DNA from: a bacterium
Lineage (GTDB): Bacteria; UBA8248
NCBI GenBank assembly: GCA_965199855.1
Contig: OZ241326.1
Location: 2,464,001-2,528,000 of the forward strand
Length of the DNA stretch: 64,000 nt
Reading direction: 5' to 3'
Shown here: positions 40,066-49,159 of the stretch, one piece after another
How positions within the stretch are numbered: the stretch's first letter is position 1
How the letters are laid out: every line of letters starts with the position of its first letter
Position numbers and translations under genes: made by a program
The notes under the pieces: model-generated
Database searches by the model: none
What the model saw: only the letters and a program-made list of their open reading frames with translations
Told to the model about the DNA's origin: nothing

Positions 40066-40141
40066 TGGTGGGCGGGAGAGGGTTCGAACCTCCGACCTAC
40101 GCCTTGTAAGGGCGCCGCTCTGCCAGCTGAGCTACCCGCCC
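40066..40141 (-). tRNA. tRNA-Val (anticodon TAC)
   Basis: GGGCGGGTAGCTCAGCTGGCAGAGCGGCGCCCT-TAC-AAGGCGTAGGTCGGAGGTTCGAACCCTCTCCCGCCCACCA: 76-nt cloverleaf with encoded CCA. Confidence 0.97.
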
Positions 40142-40237
40142 GCGCGGAAGCGGCGCGAGGAGAATAACACTTTTGCGAATTGAGCGGCTATCGCGCGAGC
40201 CGACGTGAATTCGGCCGCGGGGGCTTCATCCGTCCGG

Positions 40238-41359
40238 CTAGATCTTCAGCTCCCCGTTCCTGGAGAAGAGCTTTCCGTCCACGAAGACCTCGCCCCCCTC
40301 CCGCAGGTCGCACACCATGTCCCAGTGCAGGGCGGAGTCGTTTCTCGATCCGCTCTGCGGATAGCCCTTGCCCAGGGCGAGGTGCAGGGTGCCGCCGATT
40401 TTCTCGTCGAACAGCGTGTTCTTCGTGAAGCGCCGGATGCCGTCGTTCAGGCCGAAGGCGAACTCCCCCACCCTTCTCGCGCCCTCGTCCATGCCGATCA
40501 TGGACTTCAGAAAAGCCTCGTTCTTAGAGGCCCGCGCCTTCACGACCTCTCCGCGCTCGAACTCGAGCTCGACGCCCTCCACCTCGCGCCCCGAGATGCA
40601 GGCGGGGAAGGAGTAGCGAACCTTCCCGTCGATTCTGCGCTCCTGGGGGCCGGTGAAAATCTCCCCGTCCGGAAAATTGTTGTGGCCCGCGCAGTTCATG
40701 AACGGACGCCCCGCGATGCCCACGCGCAAATCGGTGCCCGGCGCGCCGATCTCCACCACCTTGCGGCCCTTGAGATAGCGAATCACCCGCGCCTGGCGCC
40801 TCTCCAGCGCCCGCCAGCGCCGCGCGCCGCCCGGGGCGTCGGCGAAGCACGCGCCGAAGACGAAATCCTCGTATTCGCGCAGCCCCATCTCCGCGTCCTG
40901 CGCGTAGGCTTCGGTGGGAAAGAGGGTCAGCGTCCACCTGAGGCCCTTCTCGCCCGTTTTCTCATATTGGGCGGCGCGCTTCATAAAAATTTCCATGACG
41001 GACTGCCTGGCTCCGGCGGCGAGCGCCTGCTTTTTGGGGTCGGCGCCCGAGAGCCGCCTGGTGTTCGTCTCGGACAGGACGCTGATGAGCGCGTCCGCCT
41101 TCTCGACCTCGAACCGCCGCAGGGGCGAGAGGTGGGCCAGTTGCCGCCGGCTGGCGCGCTCGAAGAAAATCTCCTCCACCCCCGGCAGCGAGACGTCGAC
41201 GTAAGGGTGCGCGCCGCGCTTGAGGCACGCGGCGTAGAGGGCGCGAAGCAGGGGCGCCGCCGCCGTCCCGCCCCGGATGCCCACGAGGTCGCCCCGCTTC
41301 ACCCGCGCCGAATACCCCGTGATGATTTCCGCCATCCGCTCTACGCGCGCATCCTCCAT
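40238..41359 (-). CDS. Aminopeptidase, M29 (AmpS/PepS) family
   Basis: NFPDGEIFTGP, VGEFAFG, LFDEKIGGTLHLALG, NDSALHWDMV. Confidence 0.92.
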   Translation of the reverse strand: MEDARVERMAEIITGYSARVKRGDLVGIRGGTAAAPLLRALYAACLKRGAHPYVDVSLPGVEEIFFERASRRQLAHLSPLRRFEVEKADALISVLSETNTRRLSGADPKKQALAAGARQSVMEIFMKRAAQYEKTGEKGLRWTLTLFPTEAYAQDAEMGLREYEDFVFGACFADAPGGARRWRALERRQARVIRYLKGRKVVEIGAPGTDLRVGIAGRPFMNCAGHNNFPDGEIFTGPQERRIDGKVRYSFPACISGREVEGVELEFERGEVVKARASKNEAFLKSMIGMDEGARRVGEFAFGLNDGIRRFTKNTLFDEKIGGTLHLALGKGYPQSGSRNDSALHWDMVCDLREGGEVFVDGKLFSRNGELKI

Positions 41360-41698
41360 CGACTTCCTCCCGTGATGATTCTTCCGCCGCGCGAGGCGGA
41401 AAGACCCTAATGAGGCCCGCCGCCCATCCCAGACGGCGCATCATACAAACCTTCGCGGGCCCGGAAAAGCGGATGAGCCGATCATCGAACACAGTCGCCC
41501 CCCGCCGCGCGCCGTTCCGGCGAAGGCCGAACGCCTCGCGCCGCTGTTTCCACAGATTTTTTAATGCGGCAATCTTTTGAAAATCAAACGCTTCGGGGAA
41601 TTCCCTCCGCCTCCGGCCCGCGTTTCGTGGCGAGGCGGCGCGGGTTCGTGATAGAATGGTTCGCGATCCTAAGTATAAAATGAAGGGAGAGAGACTCG

Positions 41699-42340
41699 AT
41701 GCCCAGACTTCACAAGGTTCGCCAGTTCAAGCCCTACCTCATGCGCTACCTGCACTCGAACGACCCGAACTACGAGCCGGTTCTGAGAGACCTGTTCGAG
41801 CACGAGCACGCGGTCTATGACGACATCACGGCGAGCGAGGAGACGGATTTCCGGCGAGGCGAGCGCGGAACCCAAACTTGGCACGTCGTTTTCACCGAGC
41901 TGACCGACATCCTGACGCCGTTTCACATCGAGCAGCTCTTCGAGCGTCTGGAGAAGGATTTCTCGGCCACCTGCCGGCTCATGCGCGAGACGCCCGCGCC
42001 GGAGCCTGCGGAGAGCGCGTCCGGCTTCCGTCCCTACCTCATGCGCTACCTCCTCTCCGGCGACCCCAACTACGAACCCGCGCTCCGGGATCTGCTCGAG
42101 CACGAGAACAAAGCCTACGACGCCGTCACGGCGAGCGAGGAGACGGATTTCCGCCGAGGCGAGCGCGGAACCCAAACCTGGCGCGCGGTCTGCGGCGAGC
42201 TCGCAGGCGTCCTCTCTCCCGGACAAATCCGCGAGCTTTTCGAGAGGCTGGAGAAGGATTTCTCGGACACCTGCCAGCTCTTCCATGAGATGGCCGAGGC
42301 GCAAAAACTCATCGAGACAGAAGAAGGCGGACCGGGCTGA
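41699..42340 (+). CDS. Hypothetical protein with two tandem ~100-aa repeats
   Basis: PYLMRYL.S.DPNYEP.LRDL.EHE...YD..TASEETDFRRGERGTQTW...LFERLEKDFS occurs twice; GC3-rich codons; RBS and TGATAGAAT extended -10 upstream. Confidence 0.85.
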   Translation: MPRLHKVRQFKPYLMRYLHSNDPNYEPVLRDLFEHEHAVYDDITASEETDFRRGERGTQTWHVVFTELTDILTPFHIEQLFERLEKDFSATCRLMRETPAPEPAESASGFRPYLMRYLLSGDPNYEPALRDLLEHENKAYDAVTASEETDFRRGERGTQTWRAVCGELAGVLSPGQIRELFERLEKDFSDTCQLFHEMAEAQKLIETEEGGPG

Positions 42341-42464
42341 TTCGCTCCTCTTGCCGTCCCGGAGCGCAATCCCTACAATTCGCCTGAGACTGCTTCGTCC
42401 AGCCGGAACCGCCCGCGCGAGCGAAGCCGGCGGTCGGCAAACGCTTCTCCGGGGAGACCGCCGC

Positions 42465-42851
42465 ATGGCCAGATATTCATACGATCACCTTCATTTCAGA
42501 AGCGAGGACCCTCACGCCGCCCGCGATTTCTGGATCGAGATGTTCGGCGCCGAGGTCCTCGAAGAGCGGGAGCTGGGCGGCGCCCCGGCGTTCAACATGG
42601 ACCTGAACGGCATGACGTTCATCGTCTCCGGCCGGGCGAAGGGGGAGGACCCGGTGCGGACGGGCTCCGAGCCGCGCTACGGGCTGGACCACTTCGGCCT
42701 CCTCGTGGACGACATGGACGAGGCGCAAAAGGAGCTGACCGGAAAGGGCGCGGAGTGGATATGCGAACCATGGGAGATACGGCCGGGGGTGAAGATCGCC
42801 TTCATCAAGGGGCCCGACAACATCAGCATCGAGATGGCCCAGCGCGGCTGA
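42465..42851 (+). CDS. VOC/glyoxalase family protein
   Basis: YDHLHFRSED, YGLDHFGLLVDD, AFIKGPDNISIE. Confidence 0.88.
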   Translation: MARYSYDHLHFRSEDPHAARDFWIEMFGAEVLEERELGGAPAFNMDLNGMTFIVSGRAKGEDPVRTGSEPRYGLDHFGLLVDDMDEAQKELTGKGAEWICEPWEIRPGVKIAFIKGPDNISIEMAQRG

Positions 42852-42909
42852 CCCCGCGCGTCCGCCGGAGGCCGCTCCCTTTCATCATCCCGCCGCCGGG
42901 AGCTTCGCC

Positions 42910-43558
42910 ATGAAGAAATGGAACAGGCGCGAACTGCTCAGAGACTCCCTGCTCGGCCTGACGACGATCGGCGCGGGCGTCTTCGCGCTCGAGGACGCGC
43001 TCGCGCCCACGCCGGCGCACGGGGAGCTGGGGGAATACGGCGAATTCCTGCTCGCGCGAGGCGAGAGCCCCGACGCGCCGCCCAGAAGCTTCGATCCGAC
43101 AGACGCCGACGCCTGGGGGCCTTTCTACAAGCAGGGCGCGCCCTTCCGGGGCCGCGTGGCGCCGGAGGACGCCCCGGGGACGCCCATGCTCATTCGGGGC
43201 CGCGTCTATGGCCGCGAGGCCCGGAAGGCGCTTGACGGCGCGGTGATCGACGTGTGGCAGGCGGATGCCGGCGGCCGCTACCACGGCATGGACGAGGGCG
43301 CAGGGAGGCTTCTACCGCTTCGAGACGGTTCACCCGGGGCGCTACGGCTCCGGCTTCTGGCGGCGGCCCTCGCACATCCATTTCTACGTTCGCCACCCCG
43401 ACTACCGGCCCCTCGTAACGCAGCTGTATTTCGAGGGCGACCCGAGGCTGAGCGGACGCGAACGCTCGAAGCCCTCGCTGATCATTCCGCTGCGGCAGGC
43501 TTCCCTTGGGAAAAAATACGAGACGGGACGCTTCAACATCGTCCTGACGAAGGGGTGA
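42910..43558 (+). pseudogene. Secreted intradiol ring-cleavage dioxygenase-like protein, frameshifted/deleted near 43290-43305
   Basis: NRRELL Tat-like signal, GPFY and DVWQADAGGRY in one frame; GFYRFETVHPGRY...RPSHIHF...LVTQLYF in another. Confidence 0.75.
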
Positions 43559-43606
43559 GGAACATTCCGGGCGTCGCGGAACGGGCCGGGGAGGCGCCCC
43601 CCGCCC

Positions 43607-46504
43607 TTACGCCACCGGTCCGGAACCCGGCGGCCGCTTCTTGCCCCCGCGCACCGACGGCTCGGCGCACCACTTGACCGCCAGCCGCCGCGCGCCCTGA
43701 TAAACGCTCTCGTCGAACCCCAGCATGTCGCAGATGACGCGCCTGTCCAGCAACGCGCGATTCGGGTCGGCGTCGGCCAGATACGCCGGCATCAGCTCCT
43801 GCTCCCGAAACTCCTCGAATATCTCGCGGGCGACGGCGAGCTGCGCGTCATCAAGGGCGCGGAAATCGAGAATGGGGAGCGTGTCGGCCGCGCTGATGGT
43901 TATCCGCCCTCGGCCGCTATGCTGCCGGTTGGAATGCCACCAGAATTTCAAAAGGCCCAGCGTGGAGTTGCTCCATACGACAAATGCGTAGTCAAACCTT
44001 TCATCGAGGAAAAACACGTTCGGCCATGCAGTTCCGCCGATAGATTTCTCTTCCGTGAACGCGGCAGTCAGCGGCTGGGAATTGAAGCGAAAATCAAGCG
44101 TCAAGTGCGCGCGGCTGGCCGTGGCCCAAACCTCGGCGGCCCTCTTCTCCATGCCGGGGCGAACCCGCAGCTCGGAGTCCGGTTCGCAAACCATCCGCGT
44201 TTCCTTCTTCGCGTCGTGATTCCACAGGGACGGATAAGTGGCAGTCGGGCTGGGCTGTCTCATTTTGATGAAGGGCGCGGAAGAAGCGCCTACGATGTTT
44301 CTGTGATACAGGCCGCGCCGGCCGACATGGCTCAAGGGCGCGGTTTTCAGGCGCAGGGCCGCAAGGATGCCGGGCAGCCACAGCCTGGAATCGGCCAGCG
44401 CGTGAGCGGTCTGGGCCAAGGAAAAATCCGATACGCGCACCCCGGCCCACGTCTCCCCGTTTTCGGCGCAGGGCGGCGTCAGCATCTCTCCCTCTACTTC
44501 GTCGCCCACCATGAGGGGCGCGCCGCCGTATGGCCCCTCGTCGATTCGTCTGATGAGTTCGGCGGCGCGGATGCTTTTCGCCGTCTCGGCGGCGTGGACG
44601 AAACTTTGCGGGCGGCGGCGCAGGGAAACGAAGCGCGCCCGCCGCGCCGGCGGCTCCTCCGCCTCCCGCTTGCGGGCGACGACCAGGCACTCCGCCATGC
44701 CCGTATCCGAGGAAAAGGAAATATCCCCGCCGTTGGCGGCGATGCTCAGCACCTCCAGATCCACGTAGCCGTCGGTGAGCATCTGCCGGAACTTCTCCCA
44801 GGAGACGCCCGTGGCGGCCGACAGGGGCAAAACCAGAGCGAGGACGCCGCCGGGCTTAAGTTTGCGATCCCCCAAGGCGGCGAAGGAAGAAGCGATGCCG
44901 GCGTAGCCGTGGGCGCAGGTATCCCTGGCGAACCGTTTCTCCCTGCTGGACATCTCTTTCTGGGTTTCCGGGTCGGAGCCCAATCCCCGGAACTGCTTCA
45001 CCGTGTCCGCTTCCCTCTCGTCCCCCTCCCAGTCGGAGCCGGCCCGCGTGAACGGCGAATTCATTATCACCAGGTCGAAGCCCTCGTCGGGAAACTCCAC
45101 CACGTTTTGGGAGGCGGCCTCCTCGCCCGCGCTGCCGATGCGCCGGGCGGGATCGTTCATGTTCAGGAGGATGAGCTGGCGGCTCTTGTCCAGGAGCTCC
45201 AGAGAGCCTATCGCCACCGAGTCGTCCTTCTGGCGTCCGTAGGGCATCGTATAGATGCGGGAGTTGTCATAGCCGACGGCCGGCTGAACGCCGGAGAGAG
45301 TCGCGCCGGTGATGTGGACGGCCGAGGGCATCACGTCGCAGCCGTAGAGAACTTCCTCCATCATGGCCGGATGGATCGCCGCCGCGTCTCCTCCGGCGCG
45401 CTCGTGGCGGGCGGCCACCTGATCATAGACCGCCGACAGGAGCGCGCCCGTGCCGCAGGCGAAATCCGCGACGCGCAAGCCCCCGACGGCCTCCGCGCAG
45501 GCCCAGTCCACCCCCTTCATCTTCGCCACCGCCAGCCGCGCCAGAAGCGCGGCCGAGGCCGGGCGCGTGTAGAACGTCGCCAGATACTTCCGGTCGGCGA
45601 TGAGCCTCTGGAACACCTGCCCGGTCAGGTCGTGAGCGTGGGAGACGCCTGCGGCGTCTATGCGCTGGGCGGTGGGGAGCAAACTGGATAAAACTTGAAC
45701 CGCGGGACCCGCCGACAGTTCCTCCAACACGCGCGCGGCGATGTCGAATATCGGAAAATAGTTCACCTCAAGAATGCGCCGCCATGCGGCAAGGACGCCC
45801 GCCTGCAGCGTATGCCCGCCGACTTTGTCCAGCGTCGGGATGCCGAGTTCCCGGCGCGTTCCGGCGAGGCGTTCGTGGAACACCACCGCGTTTGCGAGAA
45901 TGGCGCAGGCCATGCGGCGGGTCTGAGGCTCGTTTCGCATTTCCAGCGTCCCGGCGATATTCTCCGTCAGGCCGGGCCGCAGGATATTCACCTCATTCAG
46001 AATCCACGACGCCCGCTCTACTCCCTGCTCAAAGGCGTCGGTCGCCTCGTCCACCTCCTTTTGCGGCACGGAAACCAGCCGGATGAGGTCGGCCAGGCCG
46101 TCCGCCGAGCCTTCCAGCCAGCCCGATTCGGGAAAGCGGATGCCGCCCTCGCGCAGGACGCACCAGGAAAGCCTCGCTTCGGCGAGCGCGCGGCCCGCGT
46201 CGTAGGCGTCTCTCGCCGACTGCGGATAGCGCAGGGCGACGGCGGCCTCGACGGGACGCCCCTCGCCCTCGACCCCCAGACCCAGCCGCTCCCGGGCGTC
46301 TTCCTCCGCCTCCTCCGCCGGTTCGTATTCGGCCTCCACCACGACCGGCGAGCGGCCGGGAGAGGTGATCAGCACGTCGGGACGGCGGCCCGAATGGCCG
46401 ATGAGAACCGCCGTATTCTCGGAGCGCGCCTCGCAGGCGGGCATCATGCGCCGAAGCAGACCGCACAGGGCGTTGTTGAGGTTGGGTTCTGATTGACGCG
46501 GCAT
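43607..46504 (-). CDS. Type IIG-like fused restriction endonuclease / N6-adenine methyltransferase
   Basis: N-terminal RPDVLI..VVVEAE nuclease-like motif; FYTRP; motif I ADFACGTG; motif IV-like NSPF; LKPGGVLALVLP; C-terminal TRD-like region. Confidence 0.8.
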   Translation of the reverse strand: MPRQSEPNLNNALCGLLRRMMPACEARSENTAVLIGHSGRRPDVLITSPGRSPVVVEAEYEPAEEAEEDARERLGLGVEGEGRPVEAAVALRYPQSARDAYDAGRALAEARLSWCVLREGGIRFPESGWLEGSADGLADLIRLVSVPQKEVDEATDAFEQGVERASWILNEVNILRPGLTENIAGTLEMRNEPQTRRMACAILANAVVFHERLAGTRRELGIPTLDKVGGHTLQAGVLAAWRRILEVNYFPIFDIAARVLEELSAGPAVQVLSSLLPTAQRIDAAGVSHAHDLTGQVFQRLIADRKYLATFYTRPASAALLARLAVAKMKGVDWACAEAVGGLRVADFACGTGALLSAVYDQVAARHERAGGDAAAIHPAMMEEVLYGCDVMPSAVHITGATLSGVQPAVGYDNSRIYTMPYGRQKDDSVAIGSLELLDKSRQLILLNMNDPARRIGSAGEEAASQNVVEFPDEGFDLVIMNSPFTRAGSDWEGDEREADTVKQFRGLGSDPETQKEMSSREKRFARDTCAHGYAGIASSFAALGDRKLKPGGVLALVLPLSAATGVSWEKFRQMLTDGYVDLEVLSIAANGGDISFSSDTGMAECLVVARKREAEEPPARRARFVSLRRRPQSFVHAAETAKSIRAAELIRRIDEGPYGGAPLMVGDEVEGEMLTPPCAENGETWAGVRVSDFSLAQTAHALADSRLWLPGILAALRLKTAPLSHVGRRGLYHRNIVGASSAPFIKMRQPSPTATYPSLWNHDAKKETRMVCEPDSELRVRPGMEKRAAEVWATASRAHLTLDFRFNSQPLTAAFTEEKSIGGTAWPNVFFLDERFDYAFVVWSNSTLGLLKFWWHSNRQHSGRGRITISAADTLPILDFRALDDAQLAVAREIFEEFREQELMPAYLADADPNRALLDRRVICDMLGFDESVYQGARRLAVKWCAEPSVRGGKKRPPGSGPVA

Positions 46505-46913
46505 CGCGCGCGCTCCCGTAGCGAAAACCGATGCGTTGCTCAGGATCGGGAATTAAATTTTCGTAACATATTCGCCTGTTTTGCGAAAATACGCAAGCGC
46601 TATATTTCTCTCACCCCGGAAAGCGAGAGCGTCCAGTCGGAAAGAATGAAAAGGGCGGAGCAAAAAGTCTATGGGAGACGACCGGGGCGGTCAACCGGGC
46701 GAGACGCGCCCCGGGGCGCATTTTCGCGGGTCCCGCGCCGGCACGAGGCGAGCCGCCGCGCCTCCGGCGCTTTGACCGGGCGCAGCCGATGTGCTAGACA
46801 AGAGCCTGTTTTCCCGATTGTTCCCATTGGCTGAAATTTCCGTGAAACCGGCCGGATTCTCCGCGCAGGCGCGGGCCGCCGAGAACGCGAGGCTCCCAGG
46901 AAAGGCTCAAGAA

Positions 46914-48425
46914 ATGCGGAACGGCAAAGAGAAATGCGACGTGGTCGTGGTGGGCTGCGGAAACGCCGCCCTTTGCGCGTCCCTGGCGGCGCGGGATCAG
47001 GGGGCGAAGAAAGTCGTGGCGCTCGAGAAGGCGCCCGAGGCGTGGCGCGGCGGCAATTCGGCTTTCTCGGGCGGACTGTTCCGCTTCGCCTTCCAGAGCA
47101 TCGAGGACATCTACGCGCTCGTCCCGGATATGTCCGACGCCGAGAAGGAAAACATCGAGATCGAACCCTACACCTCCGAAAAATTCTTCGACGACCTCGC
47201 CCTCCTCACCGAATACCAGACCGACGGCGACCTCGCCTCCGTCCTGATTCACGAGTCGCTCCCGACGCTTCAGTGGATGCGCTCGAAGGGCCTCAGGCTC
47301 ATTCTCGCCAGCGGCCGGCAGGCCTTCAAGGTGGACGGCAAGATGCGCTTCTGGGGCGGGCTGATTCTCGAAATCGTGGGCGGCGGACACGGACTCATCG
47401 ACTCGCTCCTCGACGCCGCGAACGAGGCGGGAGTCGAGGTGCGCTACGGGGCGAAGGCGACCCGCCTGCTCACGGACCGGATGGGCGCGGCGCGGGGCGT
47501 CGAGGTCAGGGGGCCCGAGGGGCCATACGAAATCGAGGCGCACGGGGTGGTGCTGGCCTCGGGCGGCTTCGAGGCGAACGCCGAGATGCGCTGCCGCTAC
47601 CTGGGGCCCGGCTGGGAGCTCGCCAAGGTTCGCGGCACCCCCTACAACACGGGCGACGGCATAAGAATGGCGCTCGACGTCGGCGCGCAGCCCTACGGCA
47701 ACTGGAGCGGCTGCCACGCCGTCGCCTGGGACTTGAACGCGCCGCCCTTCGGCGACCTCACGGTGGGCGAATCCTACCAGAAGCACTCCTACCCCTTCGG
47801 AATCATCGTGAACGTCGAGGGCAGGCGCTTCGTGGACGAGGGGGCGGACTTCAGGAACTACACCTACGCCAAATACGGCCGGAACATCCTCCAGCAGCCC
47901 CGGCGCGCCGCCTTTCAGATATTCGACCAGAAGACCGCGCACATGCTGCGCGACGAATACCGCATCCGCGAGGTCACCAAGGCGGAGGCGAACACCCCGG
48001 AGGAGCTCGCCCGCCAGCTCGAAATCGACGTTGACGGCTTCGTCAGGACGGTTCGGGAGTTCAACGCCGCCGTGCAGCCGGGCGAATACAACCCGACCAT
48101 CAAGGACGGCAAGGGAACGGAGGGCGTCAACCCTCCGAAGTCGAACTGGGCGCTCCCCATCGACGAGCCGCCCTACCTCGGCTTCGCCGTCACAACGGGC
48201 ATCACCTTCACCTTCGGCGGCATCCGCGTGACGCCCAGGGCAGAGGTCATCAACACCGAGAACGAGGTCATCCCCGGGCTTTTCGCCGCGGGCGAGCTCG
48301 TGGGCGGCGTCTATTACTTCAACTATCCGGGAGGCGCCGGCCTCACCCTGGGCGCCGTCTATGGGCGTCTGGCGGGAGCCGCCGCGGGCCGCCGCGCCGT
48401 CGAGGCGAACCCGGCCTCCGCGTAG
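46914..48425 (+). CDS. tcuA: FAD-dependent tricarballylate dehydrogenase TcuA-like
   Basis: DVVVVGCGNAA, RGGNS, ASGGFEAN, VRGTPYNTGDG, GCHAV, GITFTFGG, NYPGGAGL. Confidence 0.85.
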   Translation: MRNGKEKCDVVVVGCGNAALCASLAARDQGAKKVVALEKAPEAWRGGNSAFSGGLFRFAFQSIEDIYALVPDMSDAEKENIEIEPYTSEKFFDDLALLTEYQTDGDLASVLIHESLPTLQWMRSKGLRLILASGRQAFKVDGKMRFWGGLILEIVGGGHGLIDSLLDAANEAGVEVRYGAKATRLLTDRMGAARGVEVRGPEGPYEIEAHGVVLASGGFEANAEMRCRYLGPGWELAKVRGTPYNTGDGIRMALDVGAQPYGNWSGCHAVAWDLNAPPFGDLTVGESYQKHSYPFGIIVNVEGRRFVDEGADFRNYTYAKYGRNILQQPRRAAFQIFDQKTAHMLRDEYRIREVTKAEANTPEELARQLEIDVDGFVRTVREFNAAVQPGEYNPTIKDGKGTEGVNPPKSNWALPIDEPPYLGFAVTTGITFTFGGIRVTPRAEVINTENEVIPGLFAAGELVGGVYYFNYPGGAGLTLGAVYGRLAGAAAGRRAVEANPASA

Positions 48426-48461
48426 CTCTCGATTCGGCGGCGAGGCGGGGCCTGCCGTCCC

Positions 48462-49040
48462 TTATTCCCCGGTCGCGTTCAGGGAAACCGGCTCGCCGTT
48501 CAGCTCCGCCGTGCTCTTGAGCGGAACGGCCGCCGTGACCATCTGCTCGGCGAAGCACCCCCGCTTCGCGTTTCTGATGACGGCGAGCATCTTCTCCGCC
48601 TCCTCGTCGGATTCCACCTCGAAATGCGTCCGCACCTCGGAGCAGCCGGCGTTCACCGTCCCCTTGAGAACGGAGCCGCCCAGAAAGTAGTCGAAGTCCA
48701 CGCGCACCCTGGCGCGCTTGAAAGACACCTTCATCATGTGCGCGTACCGCGCAAGCTGGGTCAGCAGTCAGAATCCCACCCCCATGGCGATGTAGCAAAG
48801 CGGCTGCGGATGGGAATCCTCCCCGCCGATGCGGGGCGGCTCGTCGCAATACACCTCGAAGTGCCTGTGCCTGCCGAGCTTGAGTTGGCCCTGTCCCTCC
48901 ACCGTCTCGGTGTCGGCGGACATGGTGAAGGCGTAGCCCTGCGGAGGGAGCTCGGGCTTGTCGATCGCGCGCTCGCCTGGAACGGCGCTGTCCTTGCGGG
49001 GGTCGAGGGGCGCCGCCCCTCCCGTCTGCTCTGGCGTCAT
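48462..49040 (-). CDS. OsmC/Ohr-like protein, putative selenoprotein (Sec at TGA 48768-48770)
   Basis: The two track ORFs share a frame and join through TGA: CDEPPRIGGEDSHPQPLCYIAMGVGF-U-LLTQLARYAHMMK...RGCFAE. The TGA is at the first OsmC catalytic Cys position. Confidence 0.85.
48739..48753 (-). promoter_or_regulatory. Putative bacterial SECIS hairpin (OsmC-like gene)
   Basis: TGCGCG-GTA-CGCGCA perfect 6-bp stem; loop G at +21 after UGA. Confidence 0.6.
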
Positions 49041-49159
49041 GCTTGTCTCCTCTCCTCTGGTATCATAAGAATGCGGCCGCAAGAGAATATCACGCGCGCG
49101 GAGACGGCGAAAAGGAAGCCGCCCGCGCGCGCCCTCGCCCGCGCGTGAAAGGACGCCCC

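Noticed and set aside
41546-41600. DnaA box / oriC-like AT-rich patch (TTTCCACAG)
   Set aside because: A single mismatched box with no cluster and no dnaA/dnaN context; more likely a promoter region.
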